Counted from the first letter of the stretch, positions 1 to 11,681 are shown. The stretch is 33,000 nt of DNA from Iphione sp. A-MEVVRFRX5 (GCA_976226885.1 OZ320313.1:149513001-149546000); one strand, 5' to 3'. Numbers and translations are program-made. Notes: a model not told the origin generated them from the sequence alone.

Positions 1-94
1 GTGGACCACTCTGGGTTGAGGCTACACTAAATGTGCCTGCTTGTGATCAAGAGTCCCAGGCTCAGGATTAAACCTACAACCTCTCAATCAGTGG
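1..94 (-). mobile_element. Partial tRNA-derived SINE (B-box region and start of body), truncated by the window edge
   Basis: The reverse complement (CCACTGATTGAGAGGTTGTAGGTTTAATCCTGAGCCTGGGACTCTTGATCACAAGCAGGCACATTTAGTGTAGCCTCAACCCAGAGTGG) aligns by eye with 28785-28875 of the SINE at 28757-29107. Confidence 0.75.
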
Positions 95-818
95 AAGTAT
101 ATATTTTGGTTGATTAAAGAGTAGGTGTCCCTTGTACACCCAGCTTGTTAGGGGAAGTGGTCAACGTTGATGGCGTAGACTGTAGGATAAAGGATGTAGA
201 ACAAATGCAGTTGAGCCACATCCATAGAAATCATAAAGTGCATGTGCACTAGGCCAGAGAATTTCAGGGGCTAGTGGGTCATGCCCTCAAGTTCACAACA
301 GAATGAGTCACTATCGCAAAAATTATAGTGTGCATAACTGGATCTATACAATACATGACTCCTTGTATATCTTAAGGAATGAATGTCCTCTCATTTATAG
401 TAGTGATATGGAAGTAAAAGCATTTGAACCAGTTGAGTCGCTATCTCAACAATCGTAAAGTGTGTACCGTGTCTAAATAGCTTGTATACTTTATGTAGCT
501 TCCAAGGCACATGGCCCATGTCTTGTCGGGTGAGGGTTTATTTTGAAGTGTCGCATATTGAAAGATACGTTCTTTTTATTAACCCTTCCGACACGTGTTA
601 TCCAGCCCTGCTCAGCCTCTCCACACACGCGTCTTCAATTTCGTTTACATGACGTCTCTGGTAGGGCGAGATCGGGTTTATCGCAAAGTCAGCAATCTGT
701 TACCAAGATGGCAACATTTAACAACTGTTGGTCAGTGAAATCAACAAAGGTCCAACAAGTGACTAGGCAAGAGGAACAAGACTTTCACTGTGTTCGTCCT
801 CAGGCAGGTTTAGGCGTA

Positions 819-1158
819 GGCACCCCACACAGATAGGTGTGTTTCTGGTCACCCACCCCTACCTAGTAAAACCTCACCCTAACCAAACATTTTTGGCCCC
901 AAATATTTTCCAATGCTGTATTTTCTTAGATACTACAGATTTTCACAGCATATGTTTGTGATCAATTCAGAAGAAAAACAGCAAAATCCATGGAAATTCA
1001 GCCCCAAACTGTAAATTGGTCAAAATTCTTCATATTATATTTATTATTACTGAAAACCAGAGGAGGAAACTGGAAAGAAAATGAAAAAAAAAGATACACC
1101 CTCCCTACCTAGGTTTTTCCTGTGGTTCTTACCAGAAACACCTACTTTTATGGGGGCC
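819..1158. mobile_element. PIF/Harbinger-type MITE
   Basis: Imperfect TIRs: left GGCACCCCACACAGATAGGTGTGTTTCTGGT, right reverse-complemented GGCCCCCATAAAAGTAGGTGTTTCTGGT. Subterminal CCCWCCCTACCTAG occurs near both ends. Flanks are GTA and TTA (a 3-bp TWA TSD is typical of PIF/Harbinger). Confidence 0.65.
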
Positions 1159-1161
1159 TTA

Positions 1162-1464
1162 GGTGGTGTTCAGATACAACCGGATATTTCTGTTCCACGT
1201 CTGCTCACAGGTGCAGAATTTTACCCACCCTGCTGTAACCACTATACATATTCATATAGATACAGATATTTCTGCGTCTGCACATGGGTGCAAATGTCAA
1301 ACCATCTGGGATGGGTTTTGTCCAGACCCAGACACAGATTTCCATAGATGCCAGTGGTTAAGACACATCTGTAGACTATATGCTGGCGATTAAAATCAGG
1401 AAACAGCAAACACCCGTCTGCACACGGGTGCGGATTTTTTGTCCAGTTGTATGTGAACAGGGCC
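1162..1464. mobile_element. PIF/Harbinger-type MITE
   Basis: TIRs GGTGGTGTTCAGATACAACCGGA and (rc) GGCCCTGTTCACATACAACTGGA, with a perfect TTA TSD (1159-1161, 1465-1467). The left part matches the right end of 30764-30947 in reverse orientation. Confidence 0.8.
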
Positions 1465-2595
1465 TTAGAGAGAAGGATAGGAATGTGGATAAGAATATGG
1501 ATAGGGGATAGGGTTAGGAAGAGTGATAGGGCTGGGCATGAAGAAAAGATCAGACCTATGAATTGAGATATGCAAGAAAGGACAAATAACATGGCACATT
1601 TTCATTTTCTGAAATCACTCATTCAAATGTTCCCTATTGACCGCTTAGCCATTCTCAGATTCATGTATGTGCCATCTAGACCTCATCAACAGGGATATAT
1701 TTAACGAAGTGTTTCCAATTATAGAACCCGCATCGGATGAACAACACTAAAGGACTGTCATGTTAGCCTTGTTCTTGCATAAAACACATCTCCCTGCTTA
1801 CGGCACCCGCACTGTCCATAATGGACTCGTCAAAGCCTTCATGAAAGAGGAAATAGATTACACTAACGCCAGCATACACACTAGCAAACGTATACATAAT
1901 GTAACATTCTGAATATATTCGCTTATTAATATTTTTGTGATGATCTATTTTCTATGGAGGGGGGGGGAGATCCACCAAAGTCATGAACATATATATTTTT
2001 ATATGTATATGCACAAACATATGTGTATCGGTAGATAAACTTGTCTGTGCCAGCTGATGGTCCACCAAAACGTCCCAATACGTGCGCTCTCGGTGCGAAA
2101 GTTAAACTGCATGAAAGTTACTCCGCTCATTCATCAGAAAAAAACACTAGCTTTGCCATTGATACGGGCCTATTGTATTAAGTGAACAGTCATGATATAC
2201 GCTGACACAAAAAGAAGATGATATTCATTACAGACATGCTTATCTTACAGAGTTTATCCGTAACATGGATGCGGGTGATGATTAAATAAATGTCAGATAT
2301 AAGCAGTAACTTGGCTCTGTGGTCTGATTTATCACTCCCTGCTCTGCCACATCCGCATCCTCCTTTCTCCATACTCTCTGTGTGTCTGGTCCTCTTCCCT
2401 GCTCCTGTTTCTTTCTGCCTCTTGCTGTCCTCTTGCCTTTTACTACTCTGTTATTTCCGATTCCTCTACCACTGCCGCTCTCCTCTTCTTCGGTTTTCGG
2501 CTGTCCGAGGACAGTCTTGCTCGCTGCGTTCGTCTACCAGTTTCTACAAGTGTCTACAAACTTACCAGTGTTTTCTCTTTCTTTTTTGCCCTGTT

Positions 2596-2738
2596 NNNNN
2601 NNNNNNNNNNNNNNNNNNNNNNNNNNNNNNNNNNNNNNNNNNNNNNNNNNNNNNNNNNNNNNNNNNNNNNNNNNNNNNNNNNNNNNNNNNNNNNNNNNNN
2701 NNNNNNNNNNNNNNNNNNNNNNNNNNNNNNNNNNNNNN
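2596..2738. other. Assembly gap (N-run)
   Basis: Run of N. Confidence 1.
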
Positions 2739-5112
2739 CACGTGCAGATTACGTTGTCCGTTCTCTAAAGCAAAATGATAGACTACTCCATCACATTAGA
2801 CCTTTTGATCATACTTTGTCATGCGTCTGGTAGGGAACATTATGAACAGGAGTCCTCATATCTCACATTCGTGTTCTTTCATTTTTCTAGAGGGCGAGGT
2901 CAGACATTTCGATTTATTCTCGAGAGTCATCGTGCAGGAGACATTCTCTCGGCGCTAGACGTTTCGTGCTATCACTGAAAGGCTAGTCGTATATATTGAT
3001 GTATTTCTGAATCCAGATATGGTATAATGAAGAAAATATTTTTAGAGAGTTCAGACATTTTAGTGGCATTATTTCAAGATTAAATAACACTTACATAACT
3101 ACTAAACTGTCCTAAGTTTTGCTTAGGCTTTACCAAAAACCACTTCCGGTAGCTAGCTGAAAAAAAATCTAGGGTCGGTTGGAAGGTGGTATTGTTTTTA
3201 ATTTCTTTCAGTGTTAATTCATGCTGACAGCAACAAGAGTACATGGCAGTATCACTGCTATTGCTCACAAAAAATAACATATTCCATTGGGATCAAAATG
3301 AGGGTCAGTCGGATGCTCGGACGGAAACACAGATATTGTTTGGATAGGCCTTATTCACCTTGGCCGTTTCTCACGGGGCGTTTTCTCCTCAGTATCTGGC
3401 TCTCTATAATGGGAAGGTTCTTATTTTTAGTCTGTCTTTATTCCAGATCCGTTTGTCAAGTGCATACTTCGACCGCACAACATGAGTATGACAACGCCTA
3501 TACAAAACTAAAATGACTACTGCAATTGAGAAGGCATGCCTTTGTAATGAGCAAAAGGCAGAGAAAGAGGAGGGCAAAAAGATATTTCTGTCAATTGACA
3601 AACATTTGGCTCAGATATCTCCCCAAAGCGTATTTATTCGATCACCGAGATCCCGATCCGTCTTTGCTGCATCTTAATCGGGCGCCAAATAAGAGGCATG
3701 AATATCCGACTTTATTGAATATTCATTAGTGAAATCCGAGCCCGGGGAGGAAAGCCAGATCGATGTCCTGATCTGGATTAGCTAGCGGCCATTAATTGGG
3801 GTAATTCGGTATGGTGAGAACACAAAGACTTGAGTCGATACTTGGGTATTGATCGTACTTCAGCCAGCTGCAACTAGCTGTCATTGGGGCCGGTTCAGAT
3901 CGGTTATTCAGCTGATCAGTAAATTGTTTACCTGGTTAATTCACACCCAATGACTGACTCCATGCCAACAGGCTGTTTGTTGTTTGTCCTGCAGTTGACT
4001 CTTCCTTGGCTGTTTCAATGCCATTGGCATGCTGGTTTTCTCTCTGATTGAAAAACTAGCCTGACTGAAATAGCGAACTGATATACAACACAAACAGTAC
4101 CCTTGTTCCTGTGACGTATTCTAAAGTACAAACATGTTAACAACGGGTCAATTTCTGGCTCTGTGTTCGTCTGCTTAAATAAAGTAAATCTACTTTGGTT
4201 CTCCAAAATCTTGGTTTCCACGTTTGGTCTTCGATATGGGCTCATCTTTCTGGAGGCTTCTAATACACTTCTATACTACAATGATTATGATGAAGATATT
4301 TTAGGAAAGTAAGGACCGGTATGACCTCAAATAGCTTCACAGCATCTTATTTTCTCTTGATAAATAACAACACATGTTAATTTATGTGACGGATTGGCTT
4401 TCGTTCCCTACTTAATATAAGATATCATGAAAGGATTGCGTCTGGAAGTATCTTGAATAAAAGTACGTGCAACCTATACAAGGGACAGATACGTGCAGCT
4501 ACAATGGGTTTCTGCAATTGTTTGGTGAAGTTACCTTAATGAGAGGTATCCAGTACTTTCAGATCTTTTTTTCCCAGCTGATACGTTTCTGTCACTCAAC
4601 ATTCAATCCGAGCTAGTTTGGCATGAGATAAATCAGCAACTCAATTGAACCAGATCGGTTATGGTTGAGTGAACGTGGACTGGGTGGACTGGAATCGTAC
4701 TGTGTGCACTAGGGTGAATAGCAATGCGAGCCTGACAAATATTATTATCCCGCGGTGTAATCAGCCGAGCAGCAACCTTAAAGGAGATAGGAGATAAGGC
4801 GATATCAAGCCCAAACAAGCGATACAGGCGCAGATGGAACTAAGTAGACTTGACCAGGCCCGCTATTTAGTCATTATCTCCTGGAACTGTATTTACACTG
4901 ACCAGCTGACTTACAACTGCTTTTAATATGCTTCTGACCAGTTTTGACCCTTGGTCTCAAAGGAAGTGTTCGCCTTACTCTCATCTGTATCCCTGTTCCT
5001 AATCCTAAAACTACTCGGAATTTTTCATTGTACCTCCCAATATCTCCACTATTCCTCTAAAGCCCAGCTTCCATACCTGTATTAGGCATTGGTGTGTGTT
5101 AGGGTGCATTTA

Positions 5113-5401
5113 GGGGCCTTTTACATGTAGGCATTTTCCGAGAACACATCCGATAGCATAATGACAGGTTCATTGAGCTCAACAGACCTTTGCACATATT
5201 TCTGGTCATAATGCGATTGGATGCATTTGCAATTCCCCCATTGGGGGTTATCATGGGTTATCATGTATCTTGGAGTCGGAAAGCTTATATTCCTATAGTG
5301 GAAAACATGTGGTACTCATCATATCACGCATCTCCTAGGCGGGTATCAAGCTAACACATCCGTTAGCTTGAAGACTGGATAGGAAACATGTAACAGGCCC
5401 C
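5113..5401. mobile_element. MITE, probably PIF/Harbinger-type
   Basis: 16-bp TIR GGGGCCTTTTACATGT / ACATGTAACAGGCCCC with 1 mismatch. The left flank is TTA; the right flank does not give a clean TSD. Confidence 0.65.
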
Positions 5402-5508
5402 CTTGGAGTGTGTTTCAATGCATTTTTAAAGAGCATGGTGATTTCAATGGTGGGTGTCGTCTCTTGTGTGTGTGTACATTGGGGTGCGTTGTTTGTATTT
5501 TTGTTCGT

Positions 5509-5736
5509 CCCTGGCTAGTAGACTTGATATAGTCACATATCTCGCACTAGGAACAAAAACGCCTTCCTTTCCTTATGTCGGATATTTTTCACATGGTGTT
5601 GTAAAGATACACCTTGATGGGAGGTAATGATATCTGGAGATTACGTTTCAATAGCATCTAAGTCCGACACATGGAGAGGAAGGTGTTTGTGTTCCTATTG
5701 CGAGATATGAGACTGTATCAAGTCTACTAGCCAGGG
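5509..5736. repeat. Foldback element: 74-bp inverted arms around an 80-bp spacer (MITE-like, superfamily unassigned)
   Basis: 5509-5582 versus the reverse complement of 5663-5736 shows about 8 mismatches in 74 bp and no indels. Ends are CCCTGGCTAGTAGAC...GTCTACTAGCCAGGG. No clear TSD. Confidence 0.85.
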
Positions 5737-6202
5737 AAGATCGTGTGAGGATATCGACGATAAAGTAACGACCCTCGGGAATGTCGATATTAAAGGAGAT
5801 TATATAATTAATATAGAGAAGAAAAAGACACTGGGCCAAATAGGATGAGACAGATTATGTGAGGGAGAGTGAGTGAGTCAGCGAATGAGTATGGCCCAAT
5901 CTAGACGTGCCCATTGTCCATATGCGTGGTCCGTTATCTCTTAAAATTCCAGCTCATTGCTAAGTTCTTTGTTATCATCCGATATCCATCCTACAGATCC
6001 GGCAATATTATTAATATTCTCAGTTTTTTTTGTGGATGATGTACGAGATTTTCTGTCCTTGTCAATGGAGGTGACCGTACGCTGATCTTTACCTGACCAC
6101 GTGCTTGTCGAAAATGACATATACTGGGTGAGGTGTTTTTTTTTTATCAAGTACCCGCATTCATGGTTATGGCTCCATAACCGCGAGATGCAGTACAAAT
6201 CT

Positions 6203-6417
6203 ATTCAACTTCAACTTCAACTTCTTTAGTCACGTCTCAAAATTACACATACAATGAAATTAAGAGCTCTTCCAGCGAACAGGTTTGGCTGAAGAGACAA
6301 TGGAGAAAGAACTTTAATAAGAGAATGGAATGCAACTCCAGATAAGTGCTCATCTGTGAATGGACAAGCCTCTCCACTAATTTCCCCATCGCATGAATAA
6401 TCGTGATAGGCCTATAA
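6203..6417 (-). mobile_element. Fragment of a CR1-group LINE: short RT segment joined to a 3' tail of (GTTGAA)n
   Basis: The minus strand reads YYRPITIIHAMGKLVERLVHSQMSTYLELHSIL, matching the NYRPIS.L....K..E..V..QL..YLE...IL motif at the start of non-LTR RT domains. About 100 nt later comes ...GACTAAAGAAGTTGAAGTTGAAGTTGAA. Confidence 0.7.
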
Positions 6418-7949
6418 TACATGTACATGTACATGTATATCCAAATAGCCCTGCACCCTTTCCCTGCATCTACCTATATTCAGGGGAAAAGGAAATTCAG
6501 CGTCTTTTCATGGCTGTGTTGTGTTTTTTAACCATACCTCATACTAGGAAAGTTTCCTTTCACCAAGGAAACACAGCCACGTGACAATGGGCATGAGGCA
6601 TGTTTTTGATTTAGAGTCTTCCCATTTTCCTGGCCTCATGGCAGTATATGAAAAGTGAGAGCGAAATAGCCTTGTTCGTTATGTTTCATGCAAAAAACAA
6701 CACATTTCCTATTTACTCATATTTGTTGATGAGTTGTGCATTTTCAGAGGAATTTGCATGAATTTCGTCATTTTTTGCCAAAATTACATAAATTTAGTTA
6801 TCAGCAGAATTTGCATGAATTTTGCAGTTTTTTAAATATGCATGAACTGTACAATTTTGCTACTGATTTTGCATAAATCAGACAGCTAAATTTACTGTTC
6901 TTGTGGCTGTCTAAATACAATATTTGCAGATAATATACTGCCACAATGAAAACATACCAACACACCCATGAAAATACACCTATGAAATACATGCCTAAGG
7001 AAATTCAGGCTATTACACCATAACGTTGAAGGGTGATCCATTCATCATGGATTTTGCTAGTTACAGATGTGTAAACAATATGTTTTGGCAGCAATTGGTA
7101 CTACTCGGTTGCTTGAAAGTCAAAATGTTATGCCGCATTGTCTACATATACTGCAACATATACTGAGGTAGATCCATTGAAAGAAAACGTGCATTGTCAA
7201 AAACAGTCCGACAGACAACAGACGACGTATGCATACAGCGAACATATTGACACTGAGCTTGAGTCAGTGCGTGAACCATTGTGAGCCAATAGATAAGGAA
7301 ATCATTAAAAAGAGTGAATTCAGGATATGGAGGAAGTAGGATGGATACGTGAATAAGGAAGTGAGTGCATTAATGAGTGAGAGAGAGGCGAGGGGGGGGG
7401 GAGACTAAGAGGGAGAGCAGATGAGACAGTACTGTAAAAAGGCTGCGGGTAAAACCTCACGAAACGGAATAAACCTGTAGGGAAAAGCGACGATAGATCT
7501 TGTGGACAGAAAGAGAGAATCCACACCCAATAATATGGAATCAGGGAAAGTTTCTTGGAAGACTCTACATTTGAATAAAACAAATTAGGCACCAAAAGAA
7601 CACCAGTGAACAAAGATAGGTAAACATAAATTTGAAAGGAAAGGTGGAAAGGCAGGGGACAGAGTAGTCGTGTTCAGCATGATCTTTCGCATGATCTACA
7701 TAATGTTCTGCACCTGTCTGCATAATCGTTTGTCTACTATTTGTTGACAACCCGTGTATGTAACGTAATTGCGGTCCTCTTGTCGTAGATCATCGACTTA
7801 AATCTGTCAGGGACCATATTCAAACCACAGTACAAAATACCCTGCAGAAATTACCGAGGCGGACTTTCACCTACCCCGGCCCTCTGAGAAAAAGAAGTTC
7901 AGTGTAATTCACCATAAAGAATTAAATGCAGGCAAAGGGTGTGACAAAT

Positions 7950-9420
7950 GGATATTAAACGCATATTGGTAGTATGAGAGCGACATTATCAAAAGTAAAG
8001 ATCTTTACGGTTATTAGTCAATTATAGATGATTCAAAATGTTCTGGTTTGAATATATTATTATATTCATTGGCATAGGTAGTTAGGGTCTTAAGGTTTAC
8101 ATTTAAATCCATGTACATTAATTTAAATGCGTACTTAGTTAACAAGTCATGTAAAGGATTTCTGCTAAGTACGAAAAATAGGAGTTGACTAAATCAACAC
8201 TTCTGTTGAATAAATAGGAACATAACACTATGTCAATATTATTTATTGATCCGACGTAATTGTAGTATCGTTTGAAAATATGACACGCCGCAATCTTGAT
8301 ATTTATCAAAAATATTTGAAAGAAGAAATTTTAAGACAGTATAAAAATTAGTGACATCACAGGTCAGTTATGAGTAAAGAAGTACCGGTGTTTAACTGCA
8401 TTTTTAGTCAAAAACAATATCATTTCGACTGAAACAATTTATAGCAAAACAATGAATGAGTTTGCTTCCAACCAAACTCCCTCATATTATTGCTCACCAG
8501 ATTACAAAACGTTCACATCGGTCACGACCTTCGGTAAAAATAAACAATCACTCCCCAACTGTCCTCATCTAAACTCTTTCCAGACCAAATTTATCCTGTC
8601 ACCACAAGTTGTGGATACTGAAACTTGACTGTATTGACCTTGTTAGATGAAAAGTTTTTCTAAGGTTCTGTTTTTTGATAGGGTTTTCGGGTGGGAAGAT
8701 CTGAATCCGTCAGCTACCTAGAATTTTGGATCGTTTTGAGAAATGTCTCCTTTAATCTACTTGAGATGATTTGATTCGTGATTACTGGAAACGGTTTTGA
8801 AGGGTCGCACTGAACTTGTCTCGGCTCGCATGCCTCATAAATCGAATTCCTAATAAAACAGAATCGGGAGGCCAAATGCTGCGAAATTTAATCATTGTGA
8901 AATCAAAGAAGCTGACAGTATGATGAGGGAGAGGATTTTATATCAATAATGATATTTCCAACATTTAAAAACAAGGGTAGACCTGCTCGTTCTACTCAAG
9001 GAATTAATTAAATCAGTCCATCAGAAAGAAGATTCCCTTTTCTTCCACTCCTTGAGCCTATTTGATTAAACCAACAGTGAGCAAAGCTGTTTGTGCTCTG
9101 GGTTTTTAGAGACAGAAATTATCCCTTCTCCACAGGGCGGCAAGCCCTCAGATTGGAGGGGAAGAATCAATAACAGGAAGTCAAGGACTGGTGTACTGTT
9201 AACTAAAGGACATCCAAACATCGGTGTCCAAATGGCTCTGATAACATGATTTATTGGTTGAGTTCCTACCAGAGACTCCTTTCTCAAAAATAGGAACCGA
9301 TTTGTTTTAGATTTCAGCTATTCTGTAAAATGGTTTAAGAGTTTACAATGTGTTAGAAACCTAGGAGCATTTTCTATTAACAAATATAACTATTAACCTA
9401 TTAATGTATTAACATGCATA
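7950..9420 (+). mobile_element. Highly decayed Ty3/Gypsy LTR-retrotransposon pol remnant (RT-RNase H-integrase)
   Basis: Motifs read across frames in Gypsy order. IIDD at 8021-8032 (RT catalytic-like). PRILDRF at 8717-8737 and VALNLSRL at 8804-8827 (cf. PRIQR...ADxLSR at the RNase H end). RQAL...G.NQ*QEVKDWCTVN at 9138-9203 (integrase HHCC region). PETPFSKIGTDLF at 9269-9307 followed by LDFSYSVKWF (cf. P..PW..VG.DLF...VDYYSKW of the integrase core). Many stops and frameshifts; boundaries approximate; no LTRs identified. Confidence 0.6.
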
Positions 9421-10636
9421 AAAAGTGTTAGGGCCGGTTGTCAAACTTGCATCTGTGCGTTCCCTTACAACTCCTTCGTATTCTGTTGAGGAAAGTCAGT
9501 CAATCTGCCACTTTCTCCTGCAGGATCATGGAGGGGGTTGACCCTCAATTGCATGAAGGTGTGGTATTAAGGTGAAACGTAAAGGTGTTGAAAGAGTGTA
9601 TAGATATGGTTGATGTTAATAAATTAGCAAATTTGCAGTATAACCTTCCCAGTATTTCCATGAGTAAATGCATTCACATATGCATATCTATCAGGACTTC
9701 CAGAAAAGGTCTCTGTATTTTCATTAAGACATATTTAGCATAAGTGCTAGTACAATTTTCATAAATCCAACACCTTTTTAGCAGGCTGGAAGTGCGCAGA
9801 AATGTGCAACATACACAGACACATAACATGATTCTAAACTAAGCTGGACTGGTGCATTTGTAATCATTTGTATTAATTTTATAAGCGATGCTTGAAAACA
9901 GGCTCACACACATGCACAGAAATAACAAAAAACGAGACACACAAATGCAAGTATGGAAACTGACCCATAGACAACAATTATTTCATCAAAACCCATTGTT
10001 TTCCGTCGGTCCTACGAATGTGACAGCATGCTACCAGGCATCATCTATGGTCATCATAAAAAGGTAATTTGTCTCTGGTAAACATACATTCTCTCGAGAG
10101 ACAGATTATATATATATACTCTGGAAATATGATCTATATCATTGTAGCATGGTCTATATTTTGGAAACTTGATCTGTCTTAAGGCATTGTAGTGAGGGTA
10201 TTTTAAATTGACCCTCGCCGGAGAATCTCTCATTTTTCTTGCATTGCAAACAGCACGTTTAGGTGCTCTAGTGCATTTATGGCATCCAAACGTTTGACAA
10301 GTTGAATGTAACAATTTCTTGACATCGTAGAAGCAGGCAAAAACGGATATGTCCAATGGACACTCAGTTAGAAGGACGTCTACAGGCCGAGCACCCGCCG
10401 TAAGGGCGCTACTCTGCTGTGGACTTAATGCTGTTATGAGTGATGTCAGAGGTTTGTTTGATGATGGCGGGTGGTAGGAGGTGGTGGTGCGGGGTGGAGG
10501 TGGTGGTGAACTGTGCTTATTTGGTACCGTCTGGCGTCTATAACTTGCATTAAGGATAATAAAAACAAATACGAAGTGTGAGTGAATTATGTTATGAAAA
10601 CTGCCATTTCATGAAGACTATTTTATCAGACCATAA

Positions 10637-10787
10637 GGCGGTCTTTCCATGCACACGTACCCATGTGTGCATATTTCATGCACCCGGACCACAGTCCATG
10701 AAGTCAAAACCAGCAATGTCAGGTCTTCCCGGACCCGGATCCATGTGGGTGGTGCTGCGGAATTTTCGGATGTATGGAAAGACCCCC
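10637..10787. mobile_element. Short PIF/Harbinger-type MITE
   Basis: TIRs GGCGGTCTTTCCATGCA and (rc) GGGGGTCTTTCCATACA, with a perfect TAA TSD (10634-10636, 10788-10790). Confidence 0.85.
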
Positions 10788-10969
10788 TAATGCTCCAACG
10801 TGTACACAGACTACATCAGAATAACCTTTATAGTTAAGGCATTTGAAGGCCTGAAGTGACGTCTGTGTGAAGTAGTTGATGGCATAACACCAGTGCTCAA
10901 ACATCAAAGCTGTCAGACAGGACAATCTTCATTGGTTTAGGTTCTTAATTGGATAAAAACTATTGATTA

Positions 10970-11270
10970 GGGTCAGTCAGACGTCAGTGTTCTGTCACAT
11001 GTGTCCTTATAAAAATTCTGGATAAGCGTGCGGACACAGAGAAGCCCCCTACCGAGATTGTGAGTTAATTGCCAACATATGTTAACGGGATGTTCTTTAC
11101 CATAGATGCCTATGAGATACACATGCGGACATGGACAAAACCCAGACTCTCTGGCTTGAGATATGTCCCGACGCATCTGAAAATCTGTATTGTCTGTGAT
11201 ACAGGCTGGAAAGAAACTGCAGCCGCATATGGACATGGAACTTACAAATGAGGATGCATGTCACAGGCCC
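10970..11270. mobile_element. Degenerate MITE related to 1162-1464
   Basis: Shares internal motifs (CCATAGATGCC; TGGACAAAACCCA, inverted relative to the 1162 copy) with that element. Ends GGGTCAGTCAGAC and GCATGTCACAGGCCC form only a weak TIR. Confidence 0.45.
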
Positions 11271-11681
11271 TTTAATGAGGATTCTCATTGGCAAAGAGTC
11301 TTTTCGATGATATTTTCAGAGTAGAGCATATCATTGTACATCATGGACAGAAATTACCATGTTTACACAGTCAAACCACGGAGACGGTGTTTCTTTGAAT
11401 GGAACATGCTCAATTCAAAGAAACACAGACTCCCTTTTGTGACAGCCAAGGTAAGGACCCAAAATATGTACACTTCATAATGGGGCTTATTGATAGATTG
11501 ACGATTATTGACAGAAATTACAGCAAGTGACACATATTGCAAGTTTGACAGTACGACAGTATCTAAAATTTGATTGATTTGATTTGAAAATCTTTATTGA
11601 GATAACAAGTAATTCTATCCAGAATATTTTTCATTAGTAACTCAGAGGAAGCTTTATTCCAATAGCATGGCCATGAGTTGG

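Noticed and set aside
2290-2778. ORFs spanning the N gaps (also 29814-30371)
   Set aside because: Their length depends on untranslatable N-runs plus CT-rich sequence.
5941-6198. 85-aa minus-strand ORF with natural-looking composition (also 20557-20757 on plus)
   Set aside because: No recognisable domain, no convincing splice context, and the length is within chance expectation.
7900-9000. Minus-strand L1/Tx1 ORF2 remnant (IWPPDSVLLGIRF, ILNHL...CR)
   Set aside because: No upstream YADD or SGL.N..K at the expected distance. The plus-strand Gypsy reading gives more motifs in the correct order.
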